Shown here: piece after piece, positions 35,385 through 45,135 of the stretch | Layout of the letters: each line of letters opens with the position of its first letter | How positions within the stretch are numbered: position 1 is the stretch's first letter | Origin: Patescibacteria group bacterium | Lineage (GTDB): Bacteria; Patescibacteriota; Minisyncoccia; Phycocordibacterales; WO2-35-19 | Direction: 5' to 3' | Length of the DNA: 64,000 nucleotides | Assembly (NCBI GenBank): GCA_038064735.1 | Contig: JBBTSI010000011.1 | Location: forward strand, 1,768-65,767 | The notes under the pieces: generated by a model | What the model saw: the letters and a program-made list of their open reading frames with translations, nothing else | Database searches by the model: none | What the model was told of the DNA's origin: nothing | Program-made: the position numbers and the translations under genes

Positions 35385-37526
35385 ATGTTTAGCGATAGAA
35401 AATTTAAAATTAAAAGAGATTTTGAGCCAGCAGGCGACCAACCGCAAGCGATTGAAAAGCTTGTAAATGGTATCAAAACAGGTCTGAAACATCAGACTCT
35501 TTTAGGTGTAACTGGTTCTGGTAAAACCTTCACTGTCGCCAATGTCATAAATGAAATTCAAAAGCCGACTTTGGTCATTGCTCACAACAAAACTTTGGCT
35601 GCCCAGCTCGCCCAAGAGTACAGAGAGTTTTTTCCTCAAAATGCGGTTCATTATTTCGTCTCTTACTACGACTACTATCAACCAGAAGCTTATATGCCAA
35701 TTTCGGATACTTATATAGAGAAAGAAGCGATGATAAATGAAGAGATTGAAAGACTGCGTCATGCTTCCACTCAAGCACTACTTACCCGTAAAGATGTCAT
35801 TATTGTGGCTTCAGTTTCTTGTATTTATGGTCTAGGTTCTCCGATTGAATATGAAAAAGTAAATATGAAAATTGCAAAAGGTGAAAAAATCTCTCGAGCA
35901 GAATTCGTCCGCAAACTTATTGACATTCATTTTGAACGTACCATAGCCGACCTCTCTCCGGGGCAATTCAGAGCCATCGGCAATAAAGTTGAAATTATGC
36001 CCGTTTCGGAAAAAGCTATTTATGAAATCAGTATCGCAGACGGCAAAATTGAAAAAATATTGAAAATAGACGCGATTACCAGAAGTATTTTGGAAGAAGT
36101 GGAAGTATTTTTCCTTTTCCCCGCCAAACATTTCATTTCTACTAAAAAACAAAACGAAAAAGCTTTCAAAACTATCAAAGCCGAGCTCGCACTGCAACTG
36201 AAGAAATTTCAAAAAGAAGGCAAACTTTTGGAAGAAGAACGGCTCAAACGCCGTACCAGTTATGACTTGGCTCTCATCCGCGAGATAGGATATTGCAACG
36301 GTATTGAAAACTATTCCAGACATTTTTCGGGCAAAAAACCTGGTGAAGCACCTGATACTTTACTCTCATATTTTCCCAAAGATTTCTTGACTATCATAGA
36401 TGAGTCCCACGTTTCTGTACCACAAATCGGAGCGATGTATTCCGGAGACGCTTCGCGTAAACAAGCACTGGTAGATTATGGTTTTCGTTTACCAAGTGCC
36501 AAAGATAACCGGCCACTTAAATTTGAAGAATTTGAAGAAAGGGTTGGTCAAGTTATTTATACCAGCGCCACTCCAAGCCATTATGAAGCAGAACACAGTG
36601 AGCAAGTCGTGGAGCAAGTCATCAGACCAACTGGTTTAGTTGATCCAATTGTTGAAGTAAGACCTATTACGGAAAGGAAGATTAGTTCTTCTTCGGCACA
36701 TGTTTCTGAATGCACGGATATTTTCTTGCTAGAAAATTCCTCGTGCTCGGCTCAGTCAGCCTCGCAAGGCATTCATAAACATATACCCTCGAAGAACTTT
36801 TCTGGGCATTACCCTGGTCAAATCGCGGACTTCATAAACGAAGCGGAAAAAAATATAAAAGCTGGTGGCAGAGTCATCGCCACTACGCTGACTAAAAAAA
36901 TGGCCGAAGATTTGAGCGAATACTTGAAAGAAAAAGGTGTCAAAGCTGAATACTTGCACAGTGATATTAAAACCATTGAACGAATTGAAATTTTGACCAA
37001 CTTACGCAAAGGCGAGTTTGATTGTTTAGTTGGAGTCAACCTTTTGCGAGAAGGTCTAGACTTACCTGAAGTAACACTCATCGGGATTTTGGACGCTGAC
37101 AAAGAAGGCTTCCTACGAAGCGACACTTCGCTTATTCAAATCATCGGCCGTGCCGCGCGAAATGTAGATGGCAAAGTTATTTTGTACGCAGACCGGATGA
37201 CCGGTTCAATGGAAAGAGCAATAAGCGAAACTAGCCGCAGACGCGTCAAACAAATCGCTTACAATAAAAAGCACGGTATTACTCCCAAAACTATTATCAA
37301 AAAAATTCAAGACATCACTGACCAACTCAGAAGTGATCATGATAAAGCAGTAGGGGAACTTATCAAAATAGATAAGAATATTTTGATAAAAGAACCTAAA
37401 AAATTAAAGAAACTTATTTCTCAGAAAGAAAAACAAATGGAAGGTGCTGTCAAAATCCTCGACTTTGAAACCGCCGCTCTTTTGCGTGATGAAATTTTGG
37501 AATTACAGAAAATTGGGAAAGTGTGA
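35385..37526 (+). CDS. uvrB: Excinuclease ABC subunit B, carrying a 48-codon in-frame insertion.
   Basis: GDQPQAIEKL, GVTGSGKTFT, helicase motifs, beta-hairpin YYDYYQPEAY, and the C-terminal UVR domain. Confidence 0.9.
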   Translation: MFSDRKFKIKRDFEPAGDQPQAIEKLVNGIKTGLKHQTLLGVTGSGKTFTVANVINEIQKPTLVIAHNKTLAAQLAQEYREFFPQNAVHYFVSYYDYYQPEAYMPISDTYIEKEAMINEEIERLRHASTQALLTRKDVIIVASVSCIYGLGSPIEYEKVNMKIAKGEKISRAEFVRKLIDIHFERTIADLSPGQFRAIGNKVEIMPVSEKAIYEISIADGKIEKILKIDAITRSILEEVEVFFLFPAKHFISTKKQNEKAFKTIKAELALQLKKFQKEGKLLEEERLKRRTSYDLALIREIGYCNGIENYSRHFSGKKPGEAPDTLLSYFPKDFLTIIDESHVSVPQIGAMYSGDASRKQALVDYGFRLPSAKDNRPLKFEEFEERVGQVIYTSATPSHYEAEHSEQVVEQVIRPTGLVDPIVEVRPITERKISSSSAHVSECTDIFLLENSSCSAQSASQGIHKHIPSKNFSGHYPGQIADFINEAEKNIKAGGRVIATTLTKKMAEDLSEYLKEKGVKAEYLHSDIKTIERIEILTNLRKGEFDCLVGVNLLREGLDLPEVTLIGILDADKEGFLRSDTSLIQIIGRAARNVDGKVILYADRMTGSMERAISETSRRRVKQIAYNKKHGITPKTIIKKIQDITDQLRSDHDKAVGELIKIDKNILIKEPKKLKKLISQKEKQMEGAVKILDFETAALLRDEILELQKIGKV
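36672..36815. repeat. In-frame palindromic insertion element (144 nt) within uvrB.
   Basis: Positions 36712-36770 are identical to 40672-40730 in uvrC. The 3' end GAAGAACTTTTCTGGGCA matches the right inverted end of the mnmA element. Excising it restores the canonical UvrB spacing between VEVRPIT and GQIADF. Confidence 0.8.
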
Positions 37527-37603
37527 TATAATAGACAGGCAATAATTTAATACACACCCTATGGGCAAACCCTGGGTGCGTTTAGGTGTTTACGGCTTAA
37601 AAT

Positions 37604-40270
37604 ATGGTTAAAAAAGAAACAACAAAAGAAGATGGAAAATTAATCGTCCGAGGGGCGAGGACACACAACCTTAAGAATATTACAGTTGAGATGCCTCGCA
37701 ATAAGATGATTGCTTTCACGGGACTTTCCGGCTCAGGCAAGTCTTCTTTGGCATTTGATACTATTTTTGCCGAAGGGCAAAGGCGCTATGTGGAGTCGCT
37801 TTCATCTTATGCTCGCCAATTTTTGCGCCAAATGCAAAAACCCGATGTAGATGAAATCGTGGGGCTCAGTCCGGCCATTTCTATTGATCAAAAATCTCGC
37901 TCAAATAATCCACGTTCAACAGTAGCTACTATCACTGAAATATACGATTACCTACGTATACTTTATGCCAGAGTAGGCCACCCGCATTGTTTGGTTTGCG
38001 GTGATGAAATCAAAAAACTTTCAAACGAAGAGATCAAAAATTTTATTTCGGAAAGAATTTCCGAAATTAAAATAAAAAGCGGAAAAAATTCTAATAAAAT
38101 TCAATTGCCGGTTTATGTAGAAATTTTCGCGCCTATCGTGCGTGGCAGGAAAGGCGAATACTATCAATTACTTTATGATCTGCTCGGTAAGGGCTACACT
38201 CATGTTCTTATAGATGGGAAAAAGAAAGCTTTGCGCGAGCAAATTATTTTAACGAAAACCAAAAGACACAATATCGACGTCTTGGTAGACAGTATCAGTA
38301 TGCTCGACTTCATCGGGGATCAAAAAAGCGCCGAAGAAAGGTTGTCGGAAGATTTGGAAAAAGCGCTTGAAGAATCTGAAGGCATGGTCAAAATAATGTT
38401 TAGAGATATGGCGCTCGAAAAAAATAAAGATTATGTGCCAGAAGAAATTTTTATGTCCAATAAACTTTCCTGCCCGAAAGACGGCTATTCATATCCGGAA
38501 GTTGAACCGCGCCTTTTTTCTTTCAACTCACCATATGGCGCTTGCCCTGAATGTAACGGCCTTGGCACTCGCCATTTCTTCGGCGAGGAATCTTGTCCGG
38601 TCTGTAACGGCGCTAGACTCCGACCAGAAGCTTTGCATGTGACTCTTGGCAAGTCGCCTTCGTCAAAGACTTCGGCGGACCAAGGACAAAACATCGTAGA
38701 CCTCACATCAATGTCTATCAAAGACGTTTATGATTTCTTTATTGAACTCAAACTTACCGAAAGGGAAAAAAATATTTCCAAAGTGGTGATGAAAGAAATT
38801 GAATCAAGACTGGAGTTCATGATAAACGTCGGCATTGACTACCTCTCACTTGACCGCAGAGCCCACACTCTCTCGGGTGGTGAAGCTCAGCGCATCCGCC
38901 TAGCCAGCCAACTCGGCTCAGGACTAGTCGGCGCTCTTTATGTGCTTGATGAGCCAACCATCGGCCTCCATTCCCGTGACAATGACCGCTTGGTCAAAAC
39001 TTTGCTCACGCTCCGTGACCTCGGCAATACTATAATAGTGGTGGAACACGACGAAGATACTATCTTTGCTTCGGACTATATCGTTGATATTGGACCAAAG
39101 GCAGGCGTCCATGGCGGTGAAATCGTAGTCTCCGGATATTTGGATGAGCTTCTCACTGCTAAGCAAAACAAATCCGGTTCCGTAACTTTAGATTATTTGC
39201 GTGGAGACAATGTGATAGAAATTCCGGATAAAAGGAGAGGACAAGACAAAGGTTCGCTGCAAATCCGCGGAGGCAAAGTTTTCAATATTAAAAATATGAA
39301 TGTAGATGTACCGCTTGGCAAACTGGTAGCTGTAACCGGTGTTTCCGGTTCGGGCAAATCTTCTTTCGTTTACGAAATTTTGCACAAAAATTTGCAGGCG
39401 CGTTTTGAACGCAAATACCGCAGTGCACAAACTTTCAATTGTGCGTCTTTCACAGGTACAGAATATCTGGGCCGAGCCATTTTGATTGATCAGTCACCGA
39501 TAGGGCGTACGCCGAGGTCCAACCCCGCTACTTATACAGGAAGTTGGACTTTCATCCGCGAACTTTTCGCTGAGACAGCGGAAGCAAGAGCGCGTGGTTG
39601 GAAGGCCAGTCGATTTTCCTTCAACGTAGCAGGCGGGCGCTGTGAAGTTTGCGGTGGTAACGGCGAAATAGAAGTAGAAATGCATTTTTTACCGACCGTT
39701 TATGTGCCTTGCGATGTTTGCCGTGGCAAAAGATTTATGAAAGAAACTTTGGAAGTGAAATACAAAAAGAAAAATATTTACGAAATTTTGGAAATGACAG
39801 TTGAGGAAGCGCTAACCTTTTTTGAAGATATCCCTGCAGTTTATGACAGACTCAAGACGCTCAATGAAGTGGGTCTGGGTTATTTGAAACTCGGACAATC
39901 AGCCACCACCCTTTCCGGTGGGGAAGCACAAAGAGTGAAAATTTCATCGGAGCTTTATCGTCCGCACCTGCAAAAAACTATTTATCTACTTGATGAGCCG
40001 ACCATCGGTCTGCATTATGAAGATGTCAAAAAACTGATAGAAATTTTGCAAAAATTAGTAAACAAGGGAAACACAGTAGTGGTCATTGAACACAATATGG
40101 ATATCATCAAATCCTGCGATTATGTTTTGGATATTGGTCCCGAAGGCGGCGACCTTGGCGGTAACCTCGTCGCCAAAGGCACTCCCGAAGAAATCGCCAA
40201 CAACTCCAAATCTCACACCGGCAAGTATTTAAAGAAAGCATTGAAACAATATGCAGCACATAAAAAATAA
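37604..40270 (+). CDS. uvrA: Excinuclease ABC subunit A (888 aa); the insertion domain appears to be missing.
   Basis: Two ABC modules ([17 protein letters not shown] x2) and Zn modules. CPECNGLG and CPVCNG are only 9 residues apart, against about 125 in E. coli. Confidence 0.9.
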   Translation: MVKKETTKEDGKLIVRGARTHNLKNITVEMPRNKMIAFTGLSGSGKSSLAFDTIFAEGQRRYVESLSSYARQFLRQMQKPDVDEIVGLSPAISIDQKSRSNNPRSTVATITEIYDYLRILYARVGHPHCLVCGDEIKKLSNEEIKNFISERISEIKIKSGKNSNKIQLPVYVEIFAPIVRGRKGEYYQLLYDLLGKGYTHVLIDGKKKALREQIILTKTKRHNIDVLVDSISMLDFIGDQKSAEERLSEDLEKALEESEGMVKIMFRDMALEKNKDYVPEEIFMSNKLSCPKDGYSYPEVEPRLFSFNSPYGACPECNGLGTRHFFGEESCPVCNGARLRPEALHVTLGKSPSSKTSADQGQNIVDLTSMSIKDVYDFFIELKLTEREKNISKVVMKEIESRLEFMINVGIDYLSLDRRAHTLSGGEAQRIRLASQLGSGLVGALYVLDEPTIGLHSRDNDRLVKTLLTLRDLGNTIIVVEHDEDTIFASDYIVDIGPKAGVHGGEIVVSGYLDELLTAKQNKSGSVTLDYLRGDNVIEIPDKRRGQDKGSLQIRGGKVFNIKNMNVDVPLGKLVAVTGVSGSGKSSFVYEILHKNLQARFERKYRSAQTFNCASFTGTEYLGRAILIDQSPIGRTPRSNPATYTGSWTFIRELFAETAEARARGWKASRFSFNVAGGRCEVCGGNGEIEVEMHFLPTVYVPCDVCRGKRFMKETLEVKYKKKNIYEILEMTVEEALTFFEDIPAVYDRLKTLNEVGLGYLKLGQSATTLSGGEAQRVKISSELYRPHLQKTIYLLDEPTIGLHYEDVKKLIEILQKLVNKGNTVVVIEHNMDIIKSCDYVLDIGPEGGDLGGNLVAKGTPEEIANNSKSHTGKYLKKALKQYAAHKK

Positions 40271-41585
40271 AATATCAAAATTGCCGGATGCGCCGGGGGT
40301 GTATTTTTTTCTTCGGGCGCCGAAGCCTAGCGAAGGAGGCAAACCTAAGATTCTTTATATTGGCAAAGCGACTTCGCTAAGAAGTAGGGTGAAGAGTTAT
40401 TTCAATGGAAGAATTGAAGAAACTCGAGGACCGCTGATTTCCAAAATGCTCAGCGAATTTACTGATATTAAATTCCAAAAAACCGATTCGGTTTTGGAAG
40501 CGCTCATTTTGGAAGCTAACCTCATCAAAAAGCACCAGCCCGAAGCCAACACTGACGAAAAAGACGACAAAAGTTTTAATTATGTAGTTATCACTAAAGA
40601 AGATTGGCCGAGAGTTTTAGTTATGCGAGAGAAAGAACTTCGAACTTTTTTTTCACCACATTCTTCGAAAAGCACGGATATTTTCTTGCTAGAAAATTCC
40701 TCGTGCTCGGCTCAGTCAGCCTCGCAAGGCTTTTCTCAGAACGATGGTTCAAAAAAGTTTTCAATCTCTAAAACTTTCGGACCATTTACAAACGGCGCAC
40801 AGCTCAAAGAAGCGATGAAAATCGTCCGCAAGATTTTCCCATTTAGGGATAAATGTGAAATAGGGCAAAAAAGAGCATGTTTCAATCGCCAAATCGGACT
40901 TTGTTCTGGAGTTTGTACTGGTGAAATATCCAAAAAAGATTACGGAAAGCAAATCAAAAATATTGTTTTGTTTTTTGAGGGTAAGAAAAAAGCTTTGATA
41001 AAAAATTTGGAAAAGCAGATGAAAGCATTCTCTAATTCGCGCGAATATGAGAATGCGGGAAAAATAAAAAGGCAGATTTTTGCCCTTTATCATATCCAAG
41101 ATGTCTCACTGATAAAAAGTGAAAATATAATAAATCTAAATTCAAACCAAACATTCAGAATTGAAAGCTACGATATAGCACACCTCTCGGGCACTAATGT
41201 AGTAGGAGCAATGACTGTGGTAGAAAATGGAGAAATTAAAAAAACAGATTACCGCAAATTCAAAATCAGAAGTGCGACAATCGACGACACCAAAGCCCTC
41301 TCTGAAGTTTTAGCTCGTAGATTAAATCATTCCGAATGGCCGATGCCTGATTTAATAGTAGTCGATGGGGGAGAAGCTCAAAAACGAGCCGTAGAAAAAG
41401 TTTTAAAAATCAATTCAAAAAACATTCCGGTCGTCTCTGTCGTTAAAGACGAAAGACATAAACCAAAAGATATTTTAGGAGATAAAAAATGGCTAAAGCA
41501 GGAAACCGAAATACTTCTAGCTAATGCCGAAGCCCACCGCTTTGCCATAAGCTTCCACAGGAATCTCCGTCGAAAGTTGTCTTAA
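40251..41585 (+). CDS. uvrC: Excinuclease ABC subunit C (444 aa), lacking the (HhH)2 tail and carrying an in-frame repeat insertion.
   Basis: GIY-YIG GVYFF ... ILYIGKA, the UVR domain, and an RNase-H-like endonuclease domain. Overlaps the uvrA end by 20 nt. Confidence 0.85.
   Translation: MQHIKNKISKLPDAPGVYFFLRAPKPSEGGKPKILYIGKATSLRSRVKSYFNGRIEETRGPLISKMLSEFTDIKFQKTDSVLEALILEANLIKKHQPEANTDEKDDKSFNYVVITKEDWPRVLVMREKELRTFFSPHSSKSTDIFLLENSSCSAQSASQGFSQNDGSKKFSISKTFGPFTNGAQLKEAMKIVRKIFPFRDKCEIGQKRACFNRQIGLCSGVCTGEISKKDYGKQIKNIVLFFEGKKKALIKNLEKQMKAFSNSREYENAGKIKRQIFALYHIQDVSLIKSENIINLNSNQTFRIESYDIAHLSGTNVVGAMTVVENGEIKKTDYRKFKIRSATIDDTKALSEVLARRLNHSEWPMPDLIVVDGGEAQKRAVEKVLKINSKNIPVVSVVKDERHKPKDILGDKKWLKQETEILLANAEAHRFAISFHRNLRRKLS
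40656..40740. repeat. In-frame palindromic insertion element within uvrC.
   Basis: A 59-nt core identical to the uvrB copy, with ends CGAAAAGC and GCTTTTCT. It encodes PHSSKSTDIFLLENSSCSAQSASQG in the variable linker after the GIY-YIG domain. Confidence 0.75.
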
Positions 41586-41606
41586 TTTGTGCTATAATGA
41601 AGTTGT

Positions 41607-42026
41607 ATGGAAAAATATAAATGGGTAGAAAAATATAGCGTCGGAGTGGAAGAATTGGATGCTCAACACCAACATTATTTTGAAATTGTCAGCGAAGTTA
41701 TCAAAATGACCGGTCAGGAAAAAATTGTTCTCAATGATCTTTTGGTTAAAATTGATGATTTAAATAATTATTCGATCTACCATTTCACCACCGAAGAAAA
41801 TTTATTCAAACACTACGCTTATCCAGACGCCGAAGAACATATTGCTGCCCATAATACTTACGAAGAAAAAATGGATACCTTCATTGCAGATGCAAACAGA
41901 GAAGGGGCCGATACAAAAAAAATTGTTCTAGAAATTGCTGAGTTTGCCGGTAGCTGGCTTGTGAATCACATCATGGTTATAGACCAAAAATATATCAAGT
42001 TTATGCATGAAAAAGGCATAAAATAA
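41607..42026 (+). CDS. Hemerythrin-like (bacteriohemerythrin) metal-binding protein.
   Basis: HHE cation-binding pattern: HQHYFEIV ... HFTTEENLFKHY ... HIAAHNTYEE ... WLVNHI. Confidence 0.7.
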   Translation: MEKYKWVEKYSVGVEELDAQHQHYFEIVSEVIKMTGQEKIVLNDLLVKIDDLNNYSIYHFTTEENLFKHYAYPDAEEHIAAHNTYEEKMDTFIADANREGADTKKIVLEIAEFAGSWLVNHIMVIDQKYIKFMHEKGIK

Positions 42027-43285
42027 TGAAAGAAAATCCAAACACTTTTGATGTTATTGTCGTCGGTGGCGGCCCTTCAGGAATGATGGCTGCCGGTTTT
42101 GCCGCTAAACGAGGTCTCAAAGTACTACTTCTAGAAAAGAACGCCCGTCTAGGCGACAAACTCATGGCAACCGGCGGTGGCCGTTGCAATATTACCAATG
42201 CCGAAGAAGACCGCGAAACCCTGCTCCGCAATTATGGCGAAGCCAAAGATTTCCTTTATTCGGCTTTTGCTCAATTTGGAGTCAAAGAGACAATTCATTT
42301 TTTTGAAGACCATGATTTACCTTTAAAAATTGAAGACAAAAAAAGAGTTTTTCCAAAAAGCGGACGGGCTACCGATGTCTTTCAAGTCTTGGAAAAATTT
42401 ATGAATAAAGGTGGTGTAGTCGTGAAGTCAGACCAAAGAGTTTTAAAAATTTTAACCAATGAAAATAAAATAATTGGCGTACTGGTAGGTAAAGAAAAGT
42501 TTTATGCAGATTCTTTAATTTTAGCAACAGGTGGTCTCTCTCGTCCAGAATTAGGAGCAAGTGGTGAAGGTTTTAGATGGTTGGAATCACTCGGGCACAA
42601 GGTTAAAAAACCTTCACCAGATATCGTACCACTGGCTGTAAGTGAAAATTGGGCCAAAGAGCTTTCGGGTATTTCTCTGCCACTTATGAAAATTACTTTT
42701 TTTGTTAATGGTCTGAAAAAGTTCAGCAAAAAAGGCTCGCTCCTCTTCACTCATTTCGGCATATCAGGACCACTTATTTTAAATAGTGCCAAGCTCGTTA
42801 AGCCTTTACTCAAAGAAGGCGCTGTCACCGCCCAAATTGACACTTATCCAGACAAAAATATTGGTGAACTGGAAAAAGAAATTATCAAAACTTTTGATGA
42901 AAATAAAAACAAGACTCTCAAAAATATTCTGACCGAAATAGTACCAAACGGCTTGGCCAAAATTTTGAAAACATTATTCTCCAATTTTGATATTGAAAAG
43001 AAAGTGCACAGCGTCACCAAAATTGAGCGCCGAGAAATTGTAGAATTACTCAAAGCTCTGCCTGTCACAGTGACCGGGCTTATGGGTTTTGATCGCGCCG
43101 TAGTCTCCGATGGGGGGCTCGAGCTTACCGAAATTGATATGAAAACTATGCGATCCAAGCTCCACCCCAATCTTTATGTCACCGGCGACCTACTCAACAT
43201 CACCCGCCCATCTGGCGGTTTCTCCCTCCAGCTCTGCTGGACCACCGGCGCTATCGCTGGTAAAAATGTCGGAAATTCCAACTAA
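42026..43285 (+). CDS. HI0933/BaiN-family NAD(P)/FAD-dependent flavoprotein.
   Basis: FDVIVVGGGPSGMMAA ... ATGGGRCNITN ... C-terminal VTGDLLNITRPSGGFSLQ. Confidence 0.75.
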   Translation: MKENPNTFDVIVVGGGPSGMMAAGFAAKRGLKVLLLEKNARLGDKLMATGGGRCNITNAEEDRETLLRNYGEAKDFLYSAFAQFGVKETIHFFEDHDLPLKIEDKKRVFPKSGRATDVFQVLEKFMNKGGVVVKSDQRVLKILTNENKIIGVLVGKEKFYADSLILATGGLSRPELGASGEGFRWLESLGHKVKKPSPDIVPLAVSENWAKELSGISLPLMKITFFVNGLKKFSKKGSLLFTHFGISGPLILNSAKLVKPLLKEGAVTAQIDTYPDKNIGELEKEIIKTFDENKNKTLKNILTEIVPNGLAKILKTLFSNFDIEKKVHSVTKIERREIVELLKALPVTVTGLMGFDRAVVSDGGLELTEIDMKTMRSKLHPNLYVTGDLLNITRPSGGFSLQLCWTTGAIAGKNVGNSN

Positions 43286-43965
43286 CCCTTAAGATATTCT
43301 TTCAGTTTTTCTTCTCCAAGGGGCTTGTCTCCTTTGGCTACTTTGAAACTTTCTTTGAATTCTTTCCAGTGATTTTTGTCAAAAATCCAGTTGATTATAA
43401 AAATAACAAGCATAGCCAAAATCGCTCCTATCATAGCCATACCCATATCTTTTTGGGCGTCCCAAATATCACCTTGGCTTCCGAGAAAAGCGAGGCCAGC
43501 GGCAGGGTCAACATTTCTGGCAACCAACCATTCTACAATTTCATAAAATGCCGAAAAAGCGGCGGTGAGGTCAAGCGGGAAATAATACCCCCAAAATCCT
43601 TTGACTTTGGACAACCTTATAAAAACTTCTCTTATCGGATATGCCAAAAGAAATCCGAAGCTGAAATGTACAAGACGGTCATACATATTTCGGTCTGAAT
43701 TAAACCAATCTTGAAGAACATTACCAAAAGGCACTTCGGCATAAGTATAGTGTGAACCGATGACATGCAGGATCATAAAAATAGTAATCAAAGTGTAGGA
43801 AACATTTGAGAGTTTGAGCCATCGTCCTGTGATAATAATTAGGGGAACAAATATAAAAACCAGATAATTTTCTAATAACCAATCGTGAGGAAAAAGGGGA
43901 TTGATCGCTGCCCAAACCCAAACCGCCACGAAAGCCAAAACAAGAAACAATTTGTATTTACTCAT
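43282..43965 (-). CDS. DUF2238/YjdF-like inner-membrane protein.
   Basis: Multi-TM protein with the conserved NMYDRLVHFSFGFLLAYP region. Confidence 0.5.
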   Translation of the reverse strand: MSKYKLFLVLAFVAVWVWAAINPLFPHDWLLENYLVFIFVPLIIITGRWLKLSNVSYTLITIFMILHVIGSHYTYAEVPFGNVLQDWFNSDRNMYDRLVHFSFGFLLAYPIREVFIRLSKVKGFWGYYFPLDLTAAFSAFYEIVEWLVARNVDPAAGLAFLGSQGDIWDAQKDMGMAMIGAILAMLVIFIINWIFDKNHWKEFKESFKVAKGDKPLGEEKLKEYLKG

Positions 43966-44040
43966 ATTTCATAATTATAAAACAAATGTTTTCATTTGAT
44001 AACAGTAGAAAAAGTGGATAAAATCTGTTAGTTTTAAACC

Positions 44041-45045
44041 ATGTCATTAAGTATAGGAATCGTCGGTTTGCCAAACGTGGGGAAATCCACACTCTTTAAC
44101 GCACTTACGAAAAAAAGCGTACCAGCGGAAAATTACCCATTTTGCACCATTGACCCATCAGTAGGTATTATCCCCGTGCCAGACGAAAGACTAGAACGGC
44201 TAAACGCGTTTAGCCGTTCGGCCAAAAAAATCCCCGCCGTAGTGGAATTCGTAGATATCGCCGGACTAGTGCGTGGCGCCTCAAAAGGGGAGGGTAAGGG
44301 CAACCAATTCCTCACAGCTATCAAAGAATGCGATGCTATCGCCGAGGTGGTGCGCGTTTTTGACGACCCGGAAGTTTTACATGTCGAAGGAAAAATTGAT
44401 CCGCTCTCGGATATTGAAACCATAAATCTTGAACTCATTTTGAAAGATATGGAGACGGTGACCAAGCGTCTCGGCAGTTTGGAAAAAGAAGTGAGGGCCG
44501 GAAAGAAAGAAGCTCTGCTTGAAAAAAGCGGTTTGGAGCAAATCTTCAAAGCTTTGGAAGCGGAAAAAATGGCCTCCTCTGTTTTCAACGAGCTGGACGA
44601 ATTCGAAAAACCTTTCGTGAAAAATTTGCAACTCCTGACTATGAAGCCGGTACTTTATGTTTTGAACACTTCCGAAGCTGGTGAAAACAAAGTTGATATA
44701 AAAGAAAGGATTCCTGGACCATACGTTGAAGTAGATCCCATTTTTGAAAAAGGCCTCACTGACCTCATCACCAAAGCTTACGAAACGCTCGACCTCATTA
44801 CTTACTTCACGACCGGCGAGGACGAAACTCGAGGTTGGACTATTCTGAGAGACTCCACTGCACCCGTCGCCGGCATGGCCATCCACACAGACTTCCGCGA
44901 CAAATTCATCCGCGCTGAAGTCATAGAATGGGACAAACTCCTATTAGCTGGCTCTTACGCCACCGCTCGTGAACGTGGCCTCCTCCGCACCGAAGGCAAA
45001 ACTTACATCGTCAAAGACGGGGATGTCATAGAATTCAAAATCTAA
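44041..45045 (+). CDS. ychF: Redox-regulated ATPase YchF (Obg-like).
   Basis: IGIVGLPNVGKSTLFNALT, and the C-terminal TGS domain TEGKTYIVKDGDVIEFKI. Confidence 0.85.
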   Translation: MSLSIGIVGLPNVGKSTLFNALTKKSVPAENYPFCTIDPSVGIIPVPDERLERLNAFSRSAKKIPAVVEFVDIAGLVRGASKGEGKGNQFLTAIKECDAIAEVVRVFDDPEVLHVEGKIDPLSDIETINLELILKDMETVTKRLGSLEKEVRAGKKEALLEKSGLEQIFKALEAEKMASSVFNELDEFEKPFVKNLQLLTMKPVLYVLNTSEAGENKVDIKERIPGPYVEVDPIFEKGLTDLITKAYETLDLITYFTTGEDETRGWTILRDSTAPVAGMAIHTDFRDKFIRAEVIEWDKLLLAGSYATARERGLLRTEGKTYIVKDGDVIEFKI

Positions 45046-45135
45046 CGGCTTCATATATATGAAGATAAAGTGGTATAATTAAGTTATTAACATTAACCTT
45101 CCGCCTTCGTTAAAACTTCGGCGGACAAGAATACT

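Noticed and set aside
35832-36323. Minus-strand 163-aa ORF inside uvrB, plus 36756..37126 minus ORFs.
   Set aside because: They are antisense to uvrB. The 36756 ORF is simply the reverse reading of the inserted repeat element.
36672-36815. Intein hypothesis for the in-frame insertions in uvrB, uvrC and mnmA.
   Set aside because: The inserts encode only 18-48 aa, lack the intein splicing blocks (Cys/Ser at +1, a terminal His-Asn) and any homing-endonuclease domain, and consist of DNA-level palindromes with inverted termini. A selfish palindromic repeat fits better than a protein-splicing element.
38640-38700. A possible further in-frame element in uvrA (the extra [12 protein letters not shown] segment).
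   Set aside because: No inverted termini or similarity to the CAGAAAAG/CTTTTCTG family were seen, so it is likely ordinary linker variation.
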